Source: Amoebidium appalachense (taxonomy: Eukaryota; Protista; Ichthyosporea). Taken from it: DNA of 64,000 nt. Shown one piece after another: positions 44,501-64,000 of the stretch (positions within the stretch are counted from its first letter, which is position 1; every line of letters begins with the position of its first letter). The notes beneath the pieces were generated by a model. It ran no database searches and was not told where the DNA came from. It saw only the letters and a program-made list of their open reading frames with translations. The position numbers were made by a program, and so were the translations under genes. Location of the stretch: contig CAVNZM010000002.1 in assembly GCA_963693365.1 (NCBI GenBank), positions 15,905,615 to 15,969,614 on the forward strand. Reading direction: 5' to 3'.

Positions 44501-45192
44501 AAAATGAAATCACAGAAGAATGCTGCATGAATTTACGTTTTGGCAAATGAAGAAGTGCTCATAGACGTGCACAACTCTATTCCACCGTCCTTGCTCTGTT
44601 CTGTCCAGCAGCTCGGCACACACAAGAATTCTCGCTGAAGGTTGTTTATCGCCTCTCAGCCTGGTGGTTTGCTTGTCTAACGACACCACCAGGCTCCCGA
44701 CAAAGGGGGGAGTGTAAACAACTGTACACATGAACTGTACATGTTTACTAAAGAATGTGATCTACTAGCACACGATTCGTGCTTTGTCATGAATATCACA
44801 TAAATATTATGTCCGCACCAATAGGACTCACTCTGACCTAAGAATTGAACCATATATGGTTCTTCAGCTGCATACCACATAAACGAAGTGAACCAATAAG
44901 AGGTTTGCATAAATAGGACAAAGGTCTGACTGGCTCGGACCGCACCAGAATCACGAATGGCATGTTGCCACCCGCGCTGGCCGCGGATGAACCAATCCTG
45001 GGCCTTGATCCGAAACCTGGGGGCTATATAAGAAAGCCGTCCCAGTACGGGGATCACATCAGTGAAGTCTGAGACAGACTGAGTCGGCCCATAGTAAAAG
45101 CAACCTGGCCGCGTGTGCCTTTCTACCCGTTCTCTGTCTTTATTTTGATTCAGTTGTACTCTGCCTTATCCTAACTAGTCCAACTGTTTACA
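41591..45192 (+). mobile_element. Non-autonomous gypsy-type LTR element (element C) inserted in the copia integrase
   Basis: 480-bp LTRs 41591..42070 and 44713..45192 (TGTAAACA...TGTTTACA) that look identical; TSD CACCC; PBS TGGCGACCGCGGCAGGAC; PPT AAAGGGGGGAG; interior has no long ORF but retains an RT-like remnant (LKLKGKKCSLFMKEVAF near 44140-44190). Confidence 0.92.
42072..42089 (+). promoter_or_regulatory. Primer-binding site of element C, probably tRNA-Arg(UCG) 3' end
   Basis: The 18-mer TGGCGACCGCGGCAGGAC is complementary to ...GTCCTGCCGCGGTCG-CCA, which I recall as the 3' end of eukaryotic tRNA-Arg(UCG). Confirm against the host tRNA set. Confidence 0.7.
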
Positions 45193-45470
45193 CACCCACA
45201 TCCACGTGCACGATGCCAAGCACCGTGTCTGCACACTGGCGGCCTTGCCTAGGGAAGGGCTGCTGCTTAGCCTTGCCAATGGCACACCCCTCACACACTG
45301 CAGGGGTGGCAGGGGGGCTGGTGGTGAGCTCCCGACCCTTAACCATGCCGCTGCGCGTCAGCTCAGGCTGCAGCAGGCCAGTCTTGCCGATGTGGCCATA
45401 GCGCTTGTGCCAGGTCTCGTAGCTGGCCTTGGCCGCATTCTTGAAGGGGCTCCACGGGTGCTGCACTGCC
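45193..45470 (-). pseudogene. Copia element A integrase N-terminal HHCC zinc-binding segment
   Basis: YETWHKRYGHIG...VCEGCAIGK...LGIVHVDV, which continues across element C into GGPYKRSVDG. Confidence 0.92.
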
Positions 45471-45515
45471 AGCTAGCTCCGTGGTGGGGTCAGCAGGGGT
45501 AGCACTGGGGGCAGG

Positions 45516-45638
45516 TGTTGGAATACGTATCGACGTAGGCCAGCAAGAGACTTGAAGTATGTGTATGTGTCTTAGCTTTGTTTGTATTCGTGTCTTGTTT
45601 AACTCCTTTGTGCTCTGTTTCTTCCTTTTTCCCCCTTC

Positions 45639-45673
<35 letters not shown>

Positions 45674-46396
45674 TATCTCTCTCTCTCCCCCTTGTTTCTG
45701 TGTGCACAGATATCTGTAGATCTGTGCACACCCGGCTCCCTTGCCTGTCAGGATGTGTTGTGTTTTACTTGTGTTTGCTCTGTTTCCTCTGTTTTGCTGT
45801 GAGTATAGTGATTGGCTAGCTAATAGTATCTTTGTTGTCTTTGTTTTAGGTCGAAATAGGAGGGCTCACCAATAGACGCGAGTGAGCCGAATCCTATAGA
45901 CCGTGGTTGCATTCCTGTCTATTAATATACGTGTTTTGATTGGACACGTTAGATCTGTTTGAATTCGTTTCCCATGATGTGTCCTCACTCTGATAGTGTC
46001 GACTATTATCATGAAATATATGTATTTAGATGAGTTTCTCTATAGAGACATATATATGTAAATATATATGACAAGTTGTTTGAGTTACTTAATTTATTTA
46101 AGTAGAGTTTCTAAGCTTCTGTTGTCCCGGATGTTAGAAAGCGTTTCTAGATTTGAATGTATTGCTCTGTAGTTTGAAGGAACCCGGTTGGTTCCCTTCT
46201 TTTAGTTGAGATGAGATGATGAATGGGCCAGAACAAAAAAAGTCCCGAGAGTGCAATAAACGTTAGGTGTTGTTTCAAACTTTCTTGTGTCGTGAACAAC
46301 TCCGACTCGGATTGCCCTCTCCATATTGTGTTTGTCGTGTTTACATGACACCTCTGTGCACTCAGGCTGCTCCCTTAAGGCCCGTACAAAACAACA
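45516..46396 (+). mobile_element. Solo LTR (element D), 881 bp
   Basis: TGTTG...CAACA termini; TSD GCAGG (45511-15, 46397-401); AT-rich and non-coding; begins TGTTGGAATA like the LTR of element A, from which the orientation is inferred. Confidence 0.85.
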
Positions 46397-47596
46397 GCAG
46401 GTGCAGCCTTGGGCAGGGTGCAGCCGTGGGGCATCGGTGGCTGGGGCAGGCCGTGATGGTACAGGCACGGTACCTGCAGCAACAGTGGCCTCAGTGCCAC
46501 GCTCGCGCCCAGCAGCTGGTGGCCTGCACTCCCCCTCTTCCGGGGCACTAGCCTCTGTCAGAATACGCTTCACACTATACTATCTCTGGAGGCGGCACTC
46601 CACTTATTATAGAAGGGCGGCTAAGGCACATCATGATGGGGTTGGCACCCAGGTCACTATTAATAAAGTCTTCACACTATTGAGTCGTCATTCAAACCCT
46701 TATTATCCCAGGCTGTCTCGTGTCTGCACTGCAATACACAAGTACGACAGCTAGTGACTGCAGCCTAACACTAACGTAGCTAAGGTGACAAAGGTGCTGA
46801 ATGCTGCAAGTGTGTGTGACGGCACACACACACTGACCGTCATAAGTGTCGGGGGTGACCTACAAATGACGGCACACTCGTATTTAATGACTGTCGAACC
46901 CAGAGCTACTGTCCAGACAGGAGCTGCTTATATACGAAGGCAAGTACACTTGTGATCTCTTTTGAGGTCCTGGTGCTCTCGGGAACTTCACCAGAATCTA
47001 AACAGATCCAGCCCGGGATCAGGTGGTGCGTAGCTAGCCAATCGGAGCTAACAACGGTGCGAGCCCTAGTGGCCATAATCGGAGCCCGGATAGCCGGACG
47101 CAATCTGATCGGATAGCCAAGTGACTAAGAAACACACGTATTTACACAGATCTCTCTAACAAAGACCAAAAACACAGGCTAAAATAGAACTAAGGAGTGA
47201 GTGAGATATAATTACACACATTATTTATTCTGACACACCCCCATAATGATATATTGCTCACAGAAGTCGCAAATCCGTATATCACCAAAAAAATATATAT
47301 CAAACACAGCAGCGACGGTACATGTGTAAAAGAAAACAAAACTAATTGGCAATAATTAATGGTATCCAACACTCGTCGTATTATTGATCTTACACCCCCA
47401 GATCAAAACAAACAACACGAAAGAAAATGCGCACCCCCATTCCCGTCGTGTAATGGGCAAACAAAATATATCCAAGTTATATCTCACTTTACCGCAATAT
47501 TCACAAAGATGCACATCCGAGTACAGCAATGCAGTGTTGACGGAAATAATCATATTCATCTCACCCCCTCTTTTCGGCAACACAGCAATCATGATC

Positions 47597-48892
47597 CTAC
47601 ATCCGAAAACCTGCGTCAGCCTCGAGCTCGTCCAAATTCCCTTCAGCAAGGAAACGGGCAAACTCAGCATCAGTGTCGGTGCGGTCCTGGTAATAGGCAT
47701 GCAGGGCAGCGGCAGTTGGGGGCTCGCGGCATTGGTCAGCACGGCGGCCAGGCTTCTTGCATTCGAAACACAAGCCCTGCTTGAGGCGGTACTTCTTCTG
47801 GTCCGAAGCCAGGGGCTCACCACGTGCCACATAGGCACTTGCCTGTTGACGTGGTGGTCCTGAGTCAGGCCGGCCACGTGGGTTAGTAGCTCGGTACACA
47901 GCATGCTCGTGTTCTTTATCTAACAACATCCCCCTAATCTGGGCAAGGGTACGAGGCACATATGCATTGGTGTAGGTTATAAAATCCACAGTAGAACGGA
48001 ACCGGGAAGGCAACAGCAAAAATATCTTAGCCAGAATCTGGTCGTCGGAGAGCGGGGCGTTGGCGGCAGCAAGCTCGTCGGCTATGCCCATCACTGTATT
48101 GAATACATCGGTGACGGTGGCTTTGGGATCGGGCATCAAAGAATGGAGGCGCTGGGTGATGGCAAGAATCGACGTGCCGGTAGCACGGCCATAAATATCT
48201 TCGAGGGCAGCCCAGGCCTCGGCAGCAGTAGAGCAGTGGTTCACACTGCGGCGGACAGTATACGTATGGTAGAGGGCCTTGGCGTCGAGGGCATCGGCAG
48301 CAGCAGCAGCAGACGTGGCAGTCTGGTCATCGTCATAATAGTCATCATCGGTACTGGCAGGTGGGGCCCCAAACCGAAGGGGCTGTGGACGGGACTGGCT
48401 GGGCTCGGAAGTGGAGGCAGGGGTTGTGTCTGTGGTGCCCTTATCATCGGGCAGTCGGTCGGCATCGGTAGGTGGCGGGGTCAGGTCACTGCTCTCATGA
48501 CTGAGGCAGGACGTGGTGCACGTGGTGTACGAAGCTGTAAATTCTCAAACTGAGCTGTCAGTGAAGTAACAGGGTCACGGGGCGTATGGGGCAGGTTGAC
48601 CGGTCGATCCGACGACAGGGGTGACGGGTGCTGCGGGGATATCCGTGCACGTGGGCAAAATTTTGACAGGTGTGCCTGAGTACGTGTAACCGATGCAGCC
48701 TGGGAGAAAAACAGGCAGTCGTAGAACTTGTTCATGCGGGCGTATAATTTGAAATCCGCTCGCCAAGGCCAGTAGTTGCGGCCATCAAACACAGGCGGGC
48801 CCAACACACGGTTGCTGCGGCGGGCGTAGCCGGCAGAACCATCCCCAAGCACGGCAGGAAAAGGGGAAGATTGTTGTGCCACTGGCTTCATC
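47597..48892 (-). pseudogene. Copia-type gag of element B, frameshifted
   Basis: N-terminal PPVFDGRNYWPWRADFKLYA; UBN2-like CSTAAEAWAALEDIYG...LSDDQILAKIFLLLPSRF; zinc knuckle CFECKKPGRRADQC with the His replaced by Arg. Confidence 0.85.
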
Positions 48893-49566
48893 TTCGAAAA
48901 CGGCACAGGGTTAAACACCTCTGTCAAAGGAGCGTGCAAGGGCTAACATAACCTGTCAGAAAAAGCTTCACACTAAACTATCTCTGGAGACGGCACTCCA
49001 CTTATTAGCTAGAAGGGCGGCACCGTAAGCTAGCTATCCTCTATCTATCGTGTCACTAAACTAAGGCACATGGGGTTAATTGGCACCCAGACTATTAATA
49101 ATGTCTTCACACTATTGAGTCGTCACTCAAACCATTATTATCCCGCGCTGTCTCGTGGCTGCAGCAATACACAAGTACGACAGCTAGTGACTGCAACCTA
49201 ACACTAACGTAGCTAAGGTGATCAAGCTTATCCACAAAGGTGCTGAATGATGCTGCAAGTGTGTGTGACGGCACACACACACTGACCATCACGCAAGTGT
49301 CGGGGGTGACCTACAAATGACGGCACACTCGACGTATTTAAAGACTGTCGAACCCAGAGCTACTGTCCAGACAGTAGCTGCTTATATACGAAGGCAAGTA
49401 CACTTGTGCTCTCTTTTGTGGTCCTGGTGCTCTCGGGAACTTCACCAGAATCTAAACAGATCCAGCTCGGGATCTAGGTGGTGCGTAGCTAGCCAATCGG
49501 AGCTAACAACGGTGCGAGCCCTAGTGGCCATAATCGGAGCCCGCCGGCGCCGGACGCAATCTGATC

Positions 49567-50070
49567 TTGATCGTAATGTGGTGTGGTGTAAAAACGCAAA
49601 GATGATTATGGCTTGGCGGTGTAATCGGTTTCTGGTGTCTCCTGCTCGTATGTGTAATATGTGTGGGGGGCGGTTTACTCGCGGCTGCATATCTATCAAT
49701 AAATGCAACCTGTTAGCTAATGTATTAGAACCGGAGGTTATTGGCGGTTTTATTCTCTTTTCTTCCTCTCTTCCTCAATATATCCGTTTTAAGATGACTA
49801 TCCTAGATCACCTTATTAATGCTGCACAGTATGATATTGTGATCCGGTGCCTTAACTTTCTTTCGGAGCTACCGATGCTAGCCTCTGCTTACCCGTAATA
49901 TGTAATAGGGGTGTCATATACTACGATGGCGCTCATTGTTGCCTAGCATGTACATATGTCACTGGCTGCATTTGATTGGCTGTGCTGGAAAACGCAGTAG
50001 GCCGTCGAATGTGGCTGGGCCTCCAGCAGTGTCCACCACGCAATAAAAAGTGTGTAACCCCCCCCCATCC
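49567..50070. mobile_element. Unclassified 504-bp insertion (element E) in the 5' LTR of element B
   Basis: Absent from the other LTR (47103-47110 reads ...atctgatcggatag); flanked by the direct repeat CTGATC; no TIR and no TG..CA ends. Confidence 0.8.
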
Positions 50071-50214
50071 CTGATCGGATAGCCAAGTGACTAAGAAACA
50101 CACGTATTTACACAGATCTCTCTAACAAAGACCAAAAACACCTGAAATAGAACTAACTTAGTGAGTGAGACTCTATATAGTATCATTACACACATTAGTT
50201 ATTCTGACAGCCTC

Positions 50215-52101
50215 CTCTTCATCAGATGCCTCCTCGTCACTCTCAGACAGCTCATCATCAGATGCTGTGAGGTCAGGCAGGTCGGCAAAATCATCAACAG
50301 GGGGGTCCTTTGCGGCGTGGGTGGGGGGTCCAATCACCTGGCAACGGCGGGCGGGGCAGGCACGGTTGCAGCTGCACCCGAATCAAAGCCAGGTGGTGGG
50401 GTGACGATCTTGCATGCTCACCATGGTGGTGCCCTCGGCCAGCACACACGGGGTAGCACCCTCCACTGTGGCCATCAGGGCTCGGGCATCTACGGGCAGC
50501 TCCTCGATCTAGATCGCCAGGTGCGGTGAAGGGGCACATGTAGAGGTTGGCTGCAGGGTCACGTGCACACTTAAAGTAGACACGGCCATCAGTTTTGAAG
50601 ACGGTGACACGGTCAGCTGCCACCAACGGCTGCAACTGGCCTGTGCAGCAGTAGGTGCCGAAAACAGGCGCGCACCCAGTGCAGGCACGTGCAGGGCATC
50701 CAGCGTGATGCGAGCAGGCACACCCCTGTGCCATGCATCTACCTGCACCGTGCCGCGGCCCACCGCAGGCACGGTACCACCACCCACCTTAACCGTCACC
50801 TGCAGGGTTAAGGTCCACAAGGGTGACGAAATCATCCTTGTTGCACGTAATATGGTGCGATGCAGCACCATCCCAGGTCCACTTGCCATCCAACCCAACT
50901 GCAGACCCACCAGCCGTGGACATGTAGGCCAAAGCCATCATGCAATCGCCAATGTGGCCAGCAAGGGCCTCCGCAGCCGCCAGATTCGCACGCAGTGTCT
51001 CCAGCATGGTCGGGCACTGTGTCTGCTGGTGGCCAGACTTCTTGCACTTGAAGCAGAGGCCGTTCTTCGTGCAGTACTGACGATCGGAAGCAGCAGCACC
51101 CTGGTTGCCTGCACCGCGCCGGCCACCGTGGCCACCCTTGCCGCCGCGGCCGCCACGCTTGCCGGGATCCTCCTTGGCCCCAGTGCCAGTGGCAGCAGCA
51201 GCCAGAGCAGCTGCGTTAGGCGTCTCACGGCGGGGGGGAGGCGGTTTGGGCTGCCCGCCTTGCCGTAGCAGGTTGATCTCCTGGGTCAGCAGCATGAGCT
51301 TCATCTCATCAAGAGAGCGCGGCACGCGCTCCATGCTCAGCACCTCCTTGGCAGTGCGCAGACGGTTAGGGACATGTCCAAAATCTTCAGCCGCACCTGC
51401 TCCTCCGACTCGGGGATGCCTGCTGCTGTCAGCTGATGCTGCAGGTTGAACACCTTGGCAAAGATCGTTGCAATGGTGTCCTTGCATGGGCTCGGCAGCT
51501 GCAGCTGCGTCCACCTGTTGTCCAGCATGGCACGGGCATCAGGGATCAGCACACTGTAGGTGGTCTTGAGCGTGGTCCACATGGCGTGCGCAGAAGCACA
51601 GGTCTGAATCTGGGGGCGCAGGGTGTCATCCACAGCAGTCATCAGCTCGTACTTGGCTTTGCCTTCAAGGCGACGGGCGCGCGACACACTCACGCCAACA
51701 CGCTCACCCTCACTCCCATCATCGGACTTAGAATCACTGCTGTACTGGGGCTGGCGCAGGACGTTGCAGGACGTCGCAGTGGTCTCCTCACCACCACGGG
51801 AGGGGCCGGCATCAGTGACACTCGTGCCACCTTCAGGGATGCCAGAATCACGTCCAGGCTGTGGCTGGCCGCTGCGCAGCGGCGTAACCTCCACAGTTAC
51901 AGTCTCAGTGCCGGCAGAAACGTTGCCAGCAGGCGCAGGAGATGAACGACGCTTCCTGCGCACCTGGGTGGAAGGGGGTGCCAAATAGCAGTCGGCAAAC
52001 CCCTTGGACTCAGCGTAAGCTAGCCACAACGGCTCAAACGCCACCCATGGCCAGTCAATGCTACCTGTCAATCTAGGCCTGTCAAACGACCGCGGTGCCA
52101 T
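50215..52101 (-). pseudogene. Copia element A gag and protease, frameshifted
   Basis: ATG at 52101 about 40 nt after the LTR; CASAHAMWTTLKTTY (UBN2-like); zinc knuckle CFKCKKSGHQQTQC; protease-like WTWDGAASHHITC and VGRGTVQV; frame changes near 51370 and 50810. Confidence 0.92.
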
Positions 52102-52139
52102 CTTCGAAGCAGTGGAAAGCGTTACGAAGGCCTATAACC

Positions 52140-52652
52140 TGAGAGAAAACTACCTTCTCACACGTAGCAGAGTCTGCACTAACACAAGTAGAGTGTATAG
52201 TCGTTGCACACACACACACGGAGGTGATCAGTCTCTATTTGGGTGCAATATACTACCTACGACTAAGTGTGTACTTAATCGGGCTGCATGCACTATCACC
52301 TAAGTATCACACAAGTGTCCACACAGTGCTCGGAGAGTCTGTTGCAACATGATATTAAACAGTCAATTATCGTTATAACTCCCAAGTTTATTATGTTACG
52401 TATGCGGGTTTATTTACTCCACCGTGATCCAGTCACCAGCCATCCAGGAAGGCATCCGGGTTGACTACGTAATCCCTAGATCTGGATGGTGCGTTCTTAA
52501 CCAATCATATGGCAGTTAGATATCACATGCACACACAATTCATCCTAGGAATCACACCACGAAAACACGTGTACACCGCTGTTGGATGGTTACATAGTAA
52601 ATATATCACAAACACGAATAATATGGTGATATTGGGGTTGTATATTCCAACA
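52140..52652 (-). repeat. 5' LTR of copia element A
   Basis: Direct repeat of 38144..38662, adjacent to the PBS and gag start. Confidence 0.95.
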
Positions 52653-53607
52653 CCGACCAGTGCGCATGACCCGGGTACTATGTCCTGGCTCATACACACC
52701 GAAATCGAATGTGCTTTCTGTACATGTAGCTTCGAATCCTGCATCACAATATAGCTTGCATACAGCTCTAATAATATTAATCTGGTGCGAGCTGCAGCAC
52801 TGTGTCGTTCCTATAGTAGCAGCTTAAGTCCGCGGCCTCGAACTGATTGTTCCGGATCTGCTTAGCATGAGGAAGCCGTGGCCCTTCATCACCACATTGC
52901 CACATGCAATTGCCTTCCACGTCCGAATAGACTCAGCCGAGCAATCATGTAAAAGATGAAAAGCCGGTCGGGCCAAAAGGAGTCGTGGCTTGGAGGGTAT
53001 TCTCTGCACCATGTGCGACTGTGGCCTCAGCGGCCGTATGCATATGATAAACTATACTCTATTTTTCAAGGGTATGAGTTGGTGCGTAATCAGTCGCTTC
53101 GGAAGGAAAGTTTTGTCAGCCTTGAAAAATAAGAGCTACCTCCAAAGGTAGCAGGGTCAGTACTGTACTTGGCTGATTCTGGGATGGGTCACCGGCAGTT
53201 GAAGGCAGGAGTTCAAAGGGGCTTAGGGTGAAGATGTCACATGAGAAGCATGATCTGCAAAGCTTTAACCACATGATTTTTTAATAACTATTATTTATAC
53301 AGAAATGGACCAAATAATATAAATATTTAAAAGGTGATTTTGCCGTCCGTAGCCCCTGTTACGTATTCAAGTTGTCCGAAGTTCATGTTTTCCCGGATCC
53401 TGAGGCGCACATGATGAAACCCTCTGGACTTGGGACTTGGCACCGAGCACCGAGTGTATGCCATCGGACCTATGCGGACCTATGTGTGTATACATGTATA
53501 AGTGAGTAGGCGTTTGCCGCCGGAGTTTTCTTGCAATCACGAACGTGCGTGCGCGCACAAATACCGTGCACGCATGTGAGTGGAGCCAACCGCAGGTGGC
53601 AGGAGCC

Positions 53608-64000
<10,393 letters not shown>

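Larger units (their letters stand above)
46556..50209 (-). mobile_element. Gag-only copia-type LTR element (element B, TR-GAG-like)
   Basis: LTRs 46556..47235 and 48954..50209 (the second is interrupted), TGTCAGAA...TTCTGACA termini; TSD GCCTC; PBS GGTTATGTTAGCCC; 1.7-kb interior containing gag and no pol motif. Confidence 0.92.
38144..52652 (-). mobile_element. Ty1/copia LTR retrotransposon (host element A), decayed, with nested insertions
   Basis: LTRs 38144..38662 and 52140..52652 with TG...CA termini; TSD CCGAC (38139-43, 52653-57); PBS GGTTATAGGCC just inside the 5' LTR; purine tract AAGGGGTG before the 3' LTR; domain order gag-PR-IN-RT-RH. Confidence 0.97.

Noticed and set aside
39293-51988. 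Long plus-strand ORFs opposite copia gag/pol
   Set aside because: Antisense shadows of GC-rich coding sequence.
37300-53360. DNA transposon enclosing the whole retro-nest (AT-rich flanks on both sides)
   Set aside because: No matching terminal inverted repeats or TSD found by eye.

Overview
Eukaryotic genomic window; the organism cannot be identified from sequence alone. It has GC-rich exons and introns packed with poly-G/poly-C runs and (GT)n/(CA)n tracts, so most ORFs in the supplied track are low-complexity artefacts. Manual splicing gives three genes: a 12-finger C2H2 zinc-finger gene (-, 873..3126), a ~60-exon USP34/USP24/USP9-family deubiquitinase (-, 5878..35989, ~2844 aa, one apparent homopolymer frameshift, one GC-AG intron, two microexons), and the 5' part of a probable SEN1/senataxin-like gene (+, 53608..>64000, one GC-AG intron). 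Between the two head-to-head genes lies a 14.5-kb retrotransposon nest in which every LTR element has an exact 5-bp TSD. A decayed Ty1/copia host (38144..52652) contains a young non-autonomous gypsy-type element with apparently identical LTRs, a solo LTR, and a gag-only copia-type element, which itself carries an unclassified 504-bp insert. Most notable patterns: (i) recurrent palindromic micro-insertions (short duplication around a reverse-complement spacer) scarring the older retroelements, resembling hairpin-type DNA-transposon excision footprints; (ii) introns with G/C homopolymers, no polypyrimidine tract and a branch-point motif close to the AG; (iii) the gag-only element and a duplicated LTR-end/PBS junction. 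All coordinates were derived by eye and may be off by a few bases.
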